A stretch of DNA of 64,000 bases, from NCBI GenBank assembly GCA_039545335.1, contig BCIN01000004.1, positions 186,001 to 250,000 of the forward strand. The letters are read 5' to 3'. The notes beneath the pieces are model-generated. The model was given only the letters and a program-made list of their open reading frames with translations, did no database searches and had not been told where the DNA came from. The position numbers were made by a program, and so were the translations under genes. Origin of the DNA: Kondoa subrosea (taxonomy: Eukaryota). Of the stretch, positions 1-13,320 are shown piece after piece (the first letter of the stretch is position 1; each line of letters begins with the position of its first letter).

Positions 1-746
1 CATACCATTTGAATTGAGCAAGAAGACACCGTGTGTTCCGGTAGATCGATGTTCGAAATAGACTGGATGACTTCCATACAAATTGCTATCTGTAAACCGA
101 GCGATCAGTCTCAAAATGCCCACAGATTGGGATTTCTCGCACGAGCTGGCACTCCATATGCATCTCTGTTCCAGAGCGTTCTTGTATAGTTGAAAGTAGG
201 CAATCTCAATCCATCAGTATGTTCTCCAAGACCATAAATGTTGGTATCGTTTGGCAGAGCAGTTCTGACTCTGAAGTATTGATTCTCAAAGACCAAAGGA
301 CCAGACAGATCGAAAAGAACTTCACCACTGTCTTTTCTCACGACCGAGAAAGCGAAAGGTGAAGCAGTCCACTTGAACAAGATATTGGGACTGCTAGAAG
401 AAGAGTCTTCCGGTCGAGGTAATACGAAGTCAGGTACTTCATATCGTTCGTTATCGGCATCATAGATCTTTAAGTGCAGCCGATCATCCGTCTGATACTT
501 GGCAGATAGCTTGAGATTCTTGATGTCCGCAGAGAATGCGTTGCAAGGTTCGCCATTGAGAGATAAATCCATGGTGATAGAAGTGTTGGATTGCTGGATG
601 TTGCTAGCGACATATCCAGGGCAGTTATCAGGTTGATAAGTCAGAGGTGAATATTGCGAGTTTGAACTTTGTCGGACCAGTATGTCAGTGACTGGGACAG
701 CCAGGGCACTGGCGCTCAGTAGCAGTGCGCTCAGAGCGACCTTCAT
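1..746 (-). CDS. Secreted GH31 alpha-glucosidase (5' part; runs off window start)
   Basis: Signal peptide [17 protein letters not shown]-terminal GH31 motifs [27 protein letters not shown]; after a GT-AG intron it continues [10 protein letters not shown]. Confidence 0.9.
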
Positions 747-1013
747 CTTCCAGAGGGTGTCGAGGTCGGCAGTCAAGAAATGAGCAAACCCCGCAAGTCG
801 CGCATGTGTGCATCATCATTTTTTTCGAACTAATGATCGGCGAGTTAAGCTAGTTCGAGTCGCAGCACATGAGAAATCCTTGGCTTTTAGTCACTACCGC
901 TGCCGATACCCACCAGAAGAAGGTTTCCGCTTCTCCTTCATGTATAGCATCAGCTTGAAGTCAATTGGGTTAGCTTGAGAAAGGTGCTTACTCGATCAAT
1001 AGATCTTCCTTAC

Positions 1014-2621
1014 TCACGCAGCTTCTACTGCCTGTTGCAACTTTTGTTCCACTCTCATTCTACTTCTTTCCTCCCTTTCCATCTTTCGCTCCCTTTCTTT
1101 CTGAGCAGTTTCGAATCTAGGTGTCCAGGGACCTTGACTTTCGTCTGACCAGAAATCCATTCTATACCTCGTATCTTTCCTGAAATCGACCGCTTTCCCT
1201 AGAGCTATATTGGCTTCGTATGGCGTTAGAAGAGGTCGAGGAAAAGCGTAGCCCCAGTCGATTGATAATCTTGGACAGGAAGTTTGTACAAAGAGAGAAA
1301 TGTGAGGTGACATGAGGGAAAGTTTGGCTGGTGAGAGTTCAGACAACAGAATGGGTATTGATCGGGAAGGTGGTAAGTTTTGCATAACGTTCTGTAGCAT
1401 TCCTTCAATAAGAAGAACCCTACTGCGAATGGAAGGACGATTACTAACCTGCAAGACCGGTAAACTTCCTTGTCGACCCAATGTACCCAAAACGACTCCC
1501 CAAGTTCCATTATCATCTTCTTTTGCTTTCAAGCTCACTTTGCCATTCTCTATAGCTTCACTTCTCATCTTTCTCATCTCTTCATGTTGATATCCCTCAC
1601 TTGTCAACTTCTTCTCGTATGGATCATAACGGAAAGCTGGCACGGTAGGGTTGGCAATCATGATGCTTTCCAAGTGGAAGCGACCATCGCCAACATAAAG
1701 GATCGCATCTGTATTCTTTGGTAAAGGAGGAGCTGTACACCCTAACACTTCACCAGGCGAAAGTGGTTTGATTTGTGGAACGATGATTTCGATCGTTCGT
1801 CGAGACGAAGAGGAAGTAGAATCTGTCGTGGAATCAGAAGAAGAAGAAGTGATGGCTAGTCTTTGTGGTGCAGCTTCCAACTGCGCGAGATTCGATCCGA
1901 GTGATTGAACGGCTGCTAAGAATTGGACCGTCCCTACACAAGCTATCCTGAATGGTTCGTTCGAGACAAGATTGGCTTCTGGTTGAGTTGCTGGTGAAGA
2001 TATACTGAGAGCAGGTAAGTCAAGGACAGCTTGATGTAGATCTTCATCTTGCAGGCATTCTGGGAAGTTGTACCGCACCGCTTGAGCAAGGTGAGAAGTA
2101 TCAATAGTGATCTCGACGAAAACATAGAGTGTGCGGATCGTCGTGCTGTCTATCGGGACTGTCCACAAACACTTCAGCTCCGCATAAAACTAGACTCGAG
2201 AAAACCTACTTAAACAAGAATGCCCGTAATGGACCAACATGTCGCAACCTAGTGCTCTCGCAGTGTAGTCGTCTACGCAGCATGCTCCATAGGTCACGTC
2301 GCCCAGCACGATTGCTTCCGCTTCAGTGAACTGTTCGACCAAATCAACCAATGCACAAGACCACATTGACAATCCTTCAGGCATTTGCAGTGCAACTCGT
2401 TGAATAGCATATTTCCTGATCTGCCAAATTGTCTTGTGCACTTCAAACGAATAATTCGAAGGCAAAAGAGCAGCAATGGCTCGATTCAAGAGGTCATCGT
2501 TCAGTACAGAAGCTGGGACCTGGTTCACTGGCACAGCGTTGCTGTTCTGGCTTCGTGTGCTACCATCAGAAGGCTTCGTTCGTCCAACAAAGCGTTTTCT
2601 CGGTTTTGCTTCTTCTGCCAT
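1014..2621 (-). CDS. DPH1: Diphthamide biosynthesis protein 1
   Basis: [73 protein letters not shown]; two introns. Confidence 0.95.
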
Positions 2622-3506
2622 GTATTCTTGGCTGTTCTCGAACAAGGAGCGCTCTACGTCTTGTGGACTCTGTCTTTTGCGGTGCTCGAGGTCTACTGAT
2701 CTATCCGTACCAATTTTGTTCAAGCTCTTCGTCGCTAGCTATGCTCGTGCTAGACCAAATCTGAGTTTGTCGGACCACGGGGCCACTCAGTCTATGCTTG
2801 CACTCTTCCTGGGTAGTCCTCTGTGTCCCATTGCATTGCGATTGCGCTACGTTCGATTATAATCAACTTTCTTTAAGATAGATCTAATTTGCTCTGAACG
2901 TCCAAATATTCTCATGTCCTGATCGTAACGGTCTGGCTTTGGCTGTCTTCATCTTCTCTTCTTTCTTGCTACGGATGTATGGTGAAGTGAGTCAGCTCAC
3001 TGAAGATCTCGGTCTGTCGAGCTGGAATATGGATTGACCAGAAATTGAGAAGCACCGATATAATAAGATCGGGGTACGTCCAGGTCTCACCTACTGTTTT
3101 ATTTGAAGGCATGCAATGCGCGTCTCAGGAGATACAGCTCACTATCAGCTGTAGCTGTAACTGAAGTGTCTGCTTCGAGCCGTGTAGGGGCAGATATACT
3201 ACGAAATATGTTATCTATACAATGTGCTTGTTCTAATCTCCTCTGTACATGACAAATGCCGAGCCACCTTGATTTTGTTGTTTGCCTTCAGGTTGCTCAA
3301 AATCCGAACTCCTTGACCTAAACCACTACTTTGCCTTGTCGATTGCTACTTGTTACAAAGCACATATTACAGAAGGGAGCTCTGCTTCGTTACCAATACA
3401 GCCTTTGAAGTCAGGGCCTCAGCTATTTGGAATTGAGCTACAACATACCAACTGGAAATCAAAGTTCAGGCTCTCGAATAAGGACAATTCAGCGCCAGCA
3501 GCAACA

Positions 3507-6019
3507 ATGACTGAGGGATACAATTACTTTGCTCGAGATACAGCAACGAAGACAGGCTCATCCGATTTTGACTTGCCTTCCGCAATTTCAACTTTTAAGG
3601 CTGCTCCGCCAACAGCTGCAGTTACTTCCACACCAGAAGAAACTAGAGGTCGTGGTAGGGGTCGCGGTAGAGGAGGTTTAGGCAGACCTGTTACAACAGC
3701 AGTTCAAGAGACCGCAACTCCTAGCAGTGGATCACTTGTGGATGAATTCGGTCGAGCTTTGAGACCAGGTCAAGAAGTCGATATGAGTCTACTCGCCGCT
3801 GCAGTCGCTTCTGCTCCCCCTTCTTCATCAGTTCAAAGTCCTCCTCCAGGGACAGAAACGCCTAGGCCGAGTCGATGGGATAATTCGCAATACAATCAGA
3901 TGCAGAAGGAGAGAGCTCGTTCGCCTCCTACTACTTCTGGTCGGAGAGGTAGAGGCAGAGGTCGTGGGAGAGGTGCTGGACCGCCTAGATTTGAAGATGA
4001 ACGTGTCTCAGGTGAATTGAGCTTCTTCCTTTCTTTTCCCTTTTCCGTCGAAGGCCGCTTTTCACCTGGACACAAGCTATTCAAATTGATAGGAAGCTAT
4101 TCTTGAGCCGAAAGTGCTGGTCAAGCATGTTGGAAGACTGATCACGAACAGTATAAGCTTCAATATCACTCTCAAATTGCTGCCCACTGTCTACTCTATA
4201 TCGGCTTTGAACACTACTACTACAGCATTCGATATCAGTCTTCTTTCTGAGTACATATTCACCTTTTGAGCAGAAGTACTAATCATACGTCTGTTTTGTG
4301 TTTTTATAAGATTTTGGTCCGCCATTGCGATCTGCTCCTCCGCGGATAGATGAGACAGCCAAGATTGAAGCTCGAGCAGTTAGGGAAAGAGAATGTCGAA
4401 CTCTGTTTGTCAGAAATGTCAAGGTTCGTTTGAGGCCGGCAGCGGGTGGACAACAAGTACTAAAAGGAGTAATAAGTACTCCACTGATCCGCAAGAATTG
4501 AACGATATGTTCAGCAAAATTGGAGAGATCAAGAGTTTTTTCGATCTTCTAGGCAAAAGAGGAATGGTCTTCATAACATACGTCAGCTTGACTCATTGTG
4601 CGAATGTGCCGAATGTCATTGCTACCCACAGTACGATGTTCGATCCGCTGCAATGGCTAAAGAGCGACTGCAAGGTGCTGAAGTAGCAGGTCGATCTGTA
4701 AGTTTCCTGTGTCCTTCTGTTGCAGTCAAATGCAATCTTAGACTCTCACAGATCGACGTACATTATAGTCTACCCAAAGAAGAAGAGACTCGGAGTCGAC
4801 CAGATGCAGGCAAGAATCAAGGCTCCTTGCTGATCAGGATAAAGAACGCTATGCAACCGATCAGTGACTTCAATCTTCGACAGAAGTTCATGGAGTTTGG
4901 TGATATCAAATCTATCGTTGAACATCCAGCCTCTAGACAGCAAGTCTTGTCTATCAACTGGAATAGTCATGTCTGATTTGCCTTGAGCAGAGATCGAATC
5001 CTTGAGTATTTCGACAGTAGAGCAGCACAGAATGCTTTGGATCAGCTAAATGGAGCACCCATGTTTGGCGGAGCTCTGCAACTAGAATGGACATGGGACG
5101 AAGCGCCTGCAATGTGAGTTCACGCTCAGCTCTCAATCGGACAGCTAGCTGACCAGTATACTCTTGGAGATTTGATGACTCAGCTGGACCATCTCGTGGT
5201 AGGCCAGGCGCCTACCCTAGAGAGCGCGAAGACGAGCGAAGAAGAGCGGGCTATCGAGCCGATTCGAGAGACAGATATAGGGGTCGTTCTAGATCTCGCT
5301 CTAGATCACCTCCGCCCAGAGGTCGCTATGGCTATGATCGAGACTACCGAGGTATGTTGCGGTTCAGCTTACTTGTGATCTTTGCTTATAGCTCATGCAT
5401 TAGACGGACCCTACGATGAGCGACGAAGGTCAGAAGATCGCTACGGAGATCGAAGTCCTCCTCGCTTCCCGGTAAGCACTCAGTAACAGATTACATGCAC
5501 CATTCTCACTTTAATGATCGTTTATAGCAAGCAGACGATCGCTTATCGGAAGCTCAACGGGTTCAGCAACTGCTTTCATCTCTTCTGCCAGGGGCGGCGC
5601 CTCCAGCTGCCGCTCCGTATCAACAAATGCCCAATCAACAGCCGACCTTTCAACAGCCGACGTATCAGCAGCCAATGCCATCTCAATACGCTCAGCCTCC
5701 TTCATCGCAACCTTATTCCACTTATATCCCTCCTCAGCCAGTTGCACCTTCGCCTTATCAGCAATACAGCCAAGCTGCACCTCAAGCACCTACTTACACT
5801 CCTAACCAGCAAAGTCAACCTAGTACAGCTTCTCTTCTCGCTTTATTAAGTCAACAACCTCAAGCGCAACCTCAAGCACCTCAATACCAGCCTATGCAAC
5901 AACAACAAAGCTCTGTAGATCCGCGAAGACCACAGCAGCAACAGCAACAGACTGGAGCAGCGGGAGGAGATTCAGTACAGATGTTGCTCAATATGCTGGC
6001 GCAAAATGGTCGAAAGTAG
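3507..6019 (+). CDS. Two-RRM RNA-binding protein with RG-rich N-terminus, RS/RD-rich segment and P/Q-rich C-terminus
   Basis: Spliced RRMs: CRTLFVRNVK|YSTD...FSKIGEIKSFFDLLGKRGMVFITY|YDVRSAAMAKERLQG and GSLLIRIKN...FMEFGDIKSI...ILEYFDSRAAQNALDQLNG; GRGRGRG repeats. Confidence 0.85.
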
Positions 6020-6233
6020 GGCAGAAGTGTGTATAGACAGCTCCATGATGTGAAGATTATGCGTAACAATGCTTCTGGAAAAGTACCTTGTTCAAGCGAT
6101 AACAAGGTTTCGACGGGAATGATAGACGTGAATGCAGGCCAGCTGCTTGTGGTATTCACATGTCGTGCTACAATGATACCAAAAACCGTGCACAGAAGAC
6201 GCAGAAGAACAGAAGCAATGCTACCCGATGACT

Positions 6234-7816
6234 TTAGGCTCCATCACAACGCTGCTTGCCTTGTCCGTGATAACGATAGCCTCCGGCACGATTCTTAAAC
6301 AGATTGGTCAACTTGCCGAACCGATTCACCCATGCATACAAAACGCACCGAACTGCCTCGAGGTTGATCTTGGGTTGCAGGTGTAGGCGCATCTGCTTGA
6401 GGTTGCGCTACTGGAGTAGGAAGTACAGCAGGACTGGCTGTTGGACTGAGTGAAGCCAGTCTGACTGGATCAGCTGCTTGGGCTTTGACAGGGCCAGATT
6501 TATAGACGGGAGGACCAGCTGAATGGCATTCAACATACGTAGTCGTAAGCAATTGAGATATTACTTACGGATAGGGTAGCCTTCGGTCAGGTCACGGAAA
6601 GAGCCATCGGCGGCGTAGAGATTGTAGTGAATGCCAGCATCTTCCGGAGCCTGAAGACTGATCAGCATTGATTACTGCTGAGGATGCTAGTCTCTTCGTA
6701 CATAAGCTGTTCCAGGAATTGATACCAGATCTTTCGGAGTAGAATTGCCTTGACCTTTTACATTCAACTGAATACATGAAGGGTAGAATTCGGCGCCGTT
6801 GACTTTGTTCGCCAGATGCAATGCGACTATTACAACAGTATCAGAGAGGTACAGGCAGGAGAGGCAGTCATACCAAGTTCATGGCGCATGCTGTAGAAGT
6901 ATTAGCCAGTTTCATGAGTTGCAGTCGGACACTCACAGATATTGACCAGGAGCTAGATCAGCTGGAACGGTTACATTGACCACATTGCCATTCTCTTCTG
7001 CCATTCGATCGGTCGCGAAGTAAGGGATGTAAGTGCCTTCCGGGTTCGTTGACATCTTGATAAATCCTTCTTCAGCAATCTATACATATGTCAGTCATTG
7101 AAAATCGATTTCTAGCTCCGAGATGATGACTTTGAACCAGACTTCTTTTCCTTGAGGATCAAATGTGGTACAATCGTTGTTTTCGCTGAAATGGAATAAG
7201 TCAGTCACAATCAGTCTAAATAGCCGAGCAAGTGCATGAATCACCATTTGGCCATATACGTCAACACGGGACCGTGATGAGAGAATTTCTCCACGAACTC
7301 CTTCCAGTCATTCCATTGACTGTCAGATCTGGTCAATTGCATCCAACACTAAAAAGGCTTGAGCTGACTAGGTAATGTCCGAGCCAGCGGTAACATCTTG
7401 AACAAGAGCAGCAGCCGGAGGAGATTTTCCATCGTAAGCATTGCAGGACATCAAAGGTGAAGTGACATCGGCTAAGAAAGACAAATCAATGATCTCAAAG
7501 ACGAATGTTGATGAACAGGATCTTGACATACTGATAGCAGCATTGCTCTGTACTTTACGCACTATCACGCTACTCATCAGATGTATAGCAGATGACAGAA
7601 GTTTCCAGACCGTACTAATACGCTCTGGACCTTGAGGAATGTTGATGTATGCATCGCGATCGTTCAACCAGGAATCGACTTGCTGCCCATCGATCAACAG
7701 GAAGCGAGGGTTACTGTATGGTGCTCAGCAGTCTGAAAGATACGATGATAAAAAGCTTACCCATGAGCGCGAACCGTCGCAGCCAGAAGAAGAAGGGAAG
7801 CCAGTAGGAATAGCAT
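6234..7816 (-). CDS. AA9 lytic polysaccharide monooxygenase with P/A/T-rich tail
   Basis: Manual splicing gives signal peptide MLFLLASLLLLAATVRA then His1 (HGNPR); HHGPVLTYMAKC, VWFKIAEEG, PADLAPGQYLMRHELVALH, GAEFYPSCIQLNV, YPIPGPPVY. Confidence 0.9.
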
Positions 7817-8223
7817 GATGCAGGGTATATGAGATGTGGTAGAGAACAAGAAGAGGAGGAGAAGAGAATTAGACAGAAGAAAAGCTCTGGAAGGTTCAAA
7901 GAGCTGTTGTCAAGATAATGTGACATCTCGGTGTCGCCTTCCACGAAAGGAAAAAAGAGTCTCGTAGTCAAGGTCAACGCTTGAAGCCCTACGACTGTAG
8001 CCAGGAAATCACGTCATCGGATGTCTGGTATGCCTGATTGACAGTAGAAACCACTGTGACCAAGACAAAGGGAATCACGGAAAGCGAAAATCAACGATAG
8101 CGCTGACAAGCGAGAAGCGATGATAAAGTCAAAAGCAATGCTATGAGTGCGAAGCGCTGCTGATTTGATTTACAACATTGTTCCCTTTGCCTATTTCTTC
8201 GCCGTCAATCACTCAGGGTCACT

Positions 8224-8586
8224 TCATTTATGTCCCGATGGACATAGACCTTGCTCTGGGCGGCGAACGTATCGCTTGCTGCTAGACGGCAACCCTATAG
8301 GATTGACTCCTTTTGATACCAATCTACAACCGCAGACATCTGTTGACGCCGATTCGTGGATCTTGGAAGCCACAGCCGTAATCAACCTGACCGGGGCGAC
8401 CGCGTAGCGCAGACCTGTCTGAGCAGCATTGCCAGCTTGAGAGGCAAACTTCGAAACTGGATGTACGTATTGATCCTGCTTGTTCGCAGGCAGATGCGTC
8501 GAGCCCTGAACCGAAGCGGCCTGATGTTTGGGCGGATTGGAAGCGTTCTGAGAGTTAGGATGTTGGTGAGAGGTAGCAGGGGACAT
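8224..8586 (-). CDS. Small orphan protein (~120 aa)
   Basis: Intronless ORF MSPATSHQHP...GLCPSGHK preceded by a pyrimidine-rich leader; no family recognised. Confidence 0.4.
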   Translation of the reverse strand: MSPATSHQHPNSQNASNPPKHQAASVQGSTHLPANKQDQYVHPVSKFASQAGNAAQTGLRYAVAPVRLITAVASKIHESASTDVCGCRLVSKGVNPIGLPSSSKRYVRRPEQGLCPSGHK

Positions 8587-9556
8587 GGTAAGAATGACGA
8601 GATAGGTGATAGCGTTGTCAGATGATCTGGAATGGAGAATTGGTATGAGGAAAAGAGGGAGAAAGAGATAAATTCTCGAAGTCATTCGCCCTAGGCTGTG
8701 AAAGCGGTGCTTAGCGATGTTGAAGTTCAGAATAGCTCAGGGTTTATGAGAACCAGGTTCTCTACGGAGCGCTTGGTCCGACTGCCAATCTGGCTAAAAG
8801 GCTTGTAGAGCGTAAAGCAGTTGAGAAAGCGAATTCGGATTCTGTTGTACCGCCTCGGTGTACCTATCTTGCTTGATCAAAGTAGAGCGCACGAATGAGG
8901 GAAAGAATGAATTTACAAGCACTAGACTTGCATACTTGATCAGGCTTCTGATAGAAAAGCTGGACGGGTAATGTTCTGCATTGCCTTAGCTGATCTTTCC
9001 CGGCAGATTGATAACCTGTCTCTTGCTGATCTAAGTTACGCCTGCCATAACATCTCTGAAGTGTATTTCAGCGGCAAGAACCCTGCTCATTGATCATTGC
9101 ATCCAAAACGAAGAATAATTCCTAGATAGCACGATCGTTCATTGCGCGACATGTTGACTGAATTGACTGCTATCATAAGAGAGATGATGCCCAATAAGAC
9201 TGGAAAGTAAGGCCTTGCGAGAATCTTGTGGGATTGCCCCAGAGCCTATCTTGCTACTTCGTGTGCTGCATTATCAGAGCCATGCTTGTCTGTGGCCTTG
9301 TCTGAACAAGATCCCCAACGTCACAAAGCTGCTGACCACGCCAACACCTTTATAGAAGGTTATTCCTCCAGAGTTGTTCTAGGCATGAGGCTACGTATAC
9401 AGCAGGCGATGATCTCTAGTCATTTGCCGTTCGTGTTGACCGCAGGAGAATCGAGTGGCCGTGCTAAGACGACGCTCTTCGTAAGCAAGGCCAGCTTGAC
9501 CCGCATCAACGAAGCGATACCATTTCCAGCTATACCACCTTGCGTGAAGCACAAGC

Positions 9557-11655
9557 ATGAAACGACTCTTTCAGAAGAATAAGCGAGAGCCAGAGCAGTC
9601 ACAGCGAGAAGGAGTCCATGAAACAGAAACGCCTAATCACGAATCCGAAGCACCTCAACAGCAACAACAACGCAAAGGCATATTGGGCTTCGGGCGCAAG
9701 GACTCTGATCTCTCTCGTTCCAATTCTCTCGCAACTAGAAAGACTGTTCGTGCTTGCATTAAACCTCTGAAATGAACGGTTTCTTATTAGTCAGCTTGTT
9801 TTAGGGTCCGCCAGCAGGCTATGCTGAACAAACAATAGGCTACTTAACAGGTAGCGGAAGAGATGACTGGGACAGAGCTTTGCAATTAGCGGATTCGGTT
9901 TCGTCTTCTGAAGAAATGGCGAAAGAAGCAGCACGAGCATTGAGGAAAGAGTTTGAATTCGCTAGTCCAGAGGCAAAGATTCGAGCTCATCGGTTATTGG
10001 TCATCCTTATGCGCAATAGTGGAGATCGCTTTAAGCTAGTCATTGCTCAGAAGAAGTTCTTGGAAGTCGTAGAGAAAGTCTATAAAAGCAAGAGTACGCC
10101 ATATGAAGTGAAGGAGAGTATGGTCAAGGCTTTCCAAGTATTGGCATATCAATTCAAGGATGATTCGTGCGTGAAGTCTATGCCAAGTCAATAGTAACAC
10201 TTACACCTGAAGCGACAGAGACCTATCTAGCATCACAAATCTCTACAATCGCATCAAACCTGCTTCGGCGCCTATCAACGGTCATCCTTTAGACGAATCC
10301 GACAACACATACGATCCAATCATCCGCGAGCGACCAGCGACGAATCGCCATCGAAGCGGTCAGGTTGATCTATGGCGAGAAGCTGAATTAGCAAAGAGTT
10401 CAAGTAACATGCTTATCGAAGCCCTTTCCTTTACACCAATAGAGGAAATCGATAACAATCAAATTATTGCTGAATTCTACGCATCGTGTCAGAAATCTCA
10501 AGTTTTGTTTTTGGACGCTTTACCTTGGGCTACTACTTCTGCTGAACAAGCTGCTTTAAAACAAGCGGAATTGAGATCGCAAACTGATCCAGAAGGATTG
10601 GAAGCGCATTCTGGAGTAGATCAGTCTACTGTCGAAGAACAGCTGCTAAGCGTTATGCTCAAGGCGCACGAAGAGCTGAATCAGGCTTTCAAGATGTAGT
10701 GAGTCGACCTTCCGTGTCTGAAAGAAATCACCTCTGATCATTATGTTCAGTGATGGTCAGCTGCCTTTCTTGATCTAGTAGAAAATTAGGCTAACACAGC
10801 TTGTGAAGATGTGCAGCGGCGGAAGAGACATCACGAAGAAGATAAGATGGTCGAAGAGCGGAGTCGGCTAGAAACGAAAGGGAATAGAGCAGATGTGAGC
10901 TTGTCATACGTTTGAACAAGTTGGGATGTTAACAGATTTGACAGTTGTACAACGATGGTCTGAATGCACCACACATGGAAGCTTCCTCCTCTTCTCGCAC
11001 AGCATCACCGCAACCTTTGATTGATCTATCTCAGCTTCATCCTCCTGGACATTCCATAACTGGAATCACCCCTCCGGAAGCAACTGAAGTACAAGGCTAT
11101 CACACTGGACCAACAATACAACAAGCGCCAGTCATTGCACCAATAGCTCGAACACATCAACATCAGTCAAGTCTAGACGCGTTCGAGCAAGAAATGAACG
11201 CTGAACTACCATCTAATGGAACATCTCGAAATCCATACTTCCACAACGTCGCTCAAGAAGATACGACTACTTCTTCAATGAATTCCCTACGATTAAGCAG
11301 TAACAATCCATTTGCTAAACAACTCAATTCCTCTTCTTCCGATCCACATTTACAATCTGATTCTCCTGAAGCACTAGAATCTCCTCAAACACCAGATCGA
11401 AACCCTTTTCATCGATCTTCGAATAGACAGCAATCGAGCATGAGCGATTCACTTTCCCATAAGACGAGTTACTCGGAAGAACCTTCTACACCTGTTGAAC
11501 CTACTAGCAAAGCCTTGGGTAAGATGAGAAGGTATTCGAGAAGAGGGGATGATGAGGATGATGAAGAGTTTGCAGAGATGGAAAGGAGAAGGGAAGAGGC
11601 TTTGAGAGAAAAGTATAGGAAAGCTGCGGAAGAGAAAGCTGCCAGAAGAGGGTAG
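9557..11655 (+). CDS. VHS/GAT-domain endocytic adaptor (Lsb5/TOM1-like) with NPF motifs
   Basis: VHS-like DDWDRALQLADSV...AKEAARALRKEFEF...LLVILMRNSG; GAT-like MLIEALSFT...EFYASCQKSQ...LKAHEELNQAFKMYDD; tail with NPY/NPF/NPF. Confidence 0.75.
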
Positions 11656-12301
11656 TAGAACAATTCTTTCTTTGCCAAGCAAAGCGCGGACTCTGTCATA
11701 ACACATAGCATAAATTACGAATTGCTGGTAACGAAACGAGAAATAATAATATCGAAGGCATGTCAAACGAAAGCCTATTCCGGCACAAAGTATATCTTCC
11801 ATACCATACCGGCCAGGGCAGACTTTCCAATCTCAGGTCAATCAACAGAAGCCCAGCTGCGGAAGAAGTCTCCTACAGTTGACTACCGCCATCACAGCCC
11901 ATCTAGTCCCTTGTTAAGTCTTCGCGACGTGAGCCTTGTGGACGTCTCCAGACTTTCTCTAGGGCGGTACGACCAGCTTACTGGATGAATTCACAAAGAT
12001 GGTGGCTGGAGAAGAGCAGGAAGTATAGAAGCAGAACGAGAGATGTTTTCCAGTGCGATGTTTGGATCTAAAGATCGACTCCAGAGTTCGACTTGCCTAA
12101 ACCAGTCTTATTGACACTACTAATGTAATGAAGGTCAATACTCCTCTATTGCTCAGGAAGAAACACAGCCTTACCCCATAATGATCACGCTCGTGCGTAT
12201 TGATGACTTTGATGACGTTGATGAGCCACCTGAAGTAACACACTTCATCAATACTACACATGACGATAGCGAGTGAAACTCACCTCACGTCGACTTCCTA
12301 A

Positions 12302-12896
12302 CTATACACCTTTCAATATGCCATTGACTATAGCAGCAGATTCTTTGGCTAGAGCGATATACCATTCAGCCTCTCAACAAATCGAATACGGTCGACCGAC
12401 CTCGTTGCCTAGCTACAAACAATTCCTGCGCTTCCTTCGCTCGAATCACAGCCAAAGCAGACAAATCTATCGGTCCATCGGATTGTAAAGGCAATGCACC
12501 CAATCCAGACACGCGCAAATGGTTCTCTATGGCTGCGAAGCGTTGCAGAAGACTCTTGAGCTTCTCTGTCAGACTAGTTCAGCGCTGTATTTGGCGAAGA
12601 AGAATACAATCTGAAAGCTGACCTGGTGCATTATAATTTGGGTCTGTGAATGATTCCTGCTTAACTTGCTGCCAATACGAGTTATACTCATTTTGTAAGG
12701 TTGACAAGCATAATGGCGAGTCTGGATCCAGTAAGCGCGAGATAGATTTCGATAGATCTCGTTCCAAGTTTGGTGCGCCAGACGAGGCAACCGAGGCAGC
12801 CGGAGAAAGAGCATTTGTGCGAGTCGCATTGAGAGCAGCAGGACTCAGAGCGCTGACGAGAGGTGTAGGAGCTTGCAAAGGAAAGGGCGAAGCCAT
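12302..12896 (-). CDS. Hypothetical protein (~160 aa, helical C-terminal half)
   Basis: MASPFPLQAP... joined by two canonical introns to EKLKSLLQRFAAIENHLRVSGLGALPL...AKESAAIVNGILKGV*. Confidence 0.6.
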
Positions 12897-13320
12897 TACG
12901 GTGCTTTTGACAAGGAAAAGAGCTTTGTTAATCGTGAATAGCGACCGAGGACTTGATGTGTTTTCTGATTCCATTACTGCGTGATGCTCTGCGCGTGTCG
13001 GGCTCATGCGTGATTTGCGAAAGATTGCTGCTATGCACTGGATCTGACAGTGCTCCTCTGAGCTCGAAACGACGCGATCTCGCTCTCTTGAACCCTCTGA
13101 ACGCCTTATTGCCCTATTGCCATGATTTCTGGAGCCCACCAATACTGTCTATGAATAACAGTTACACCACAGCGGAAATCTCGCGGCTGACCAATTTCGG
13201 CGATTGCTGCCGTATGTGATCGATCACGAAGCGGGTCCAGATTGCTGTCTTGCATCCGCCGTTTCTCATGCTTTCAGTGCGCACTGCCACTGCCATCTGA
13301 TTGATCTCGTTCAGTAGTAC

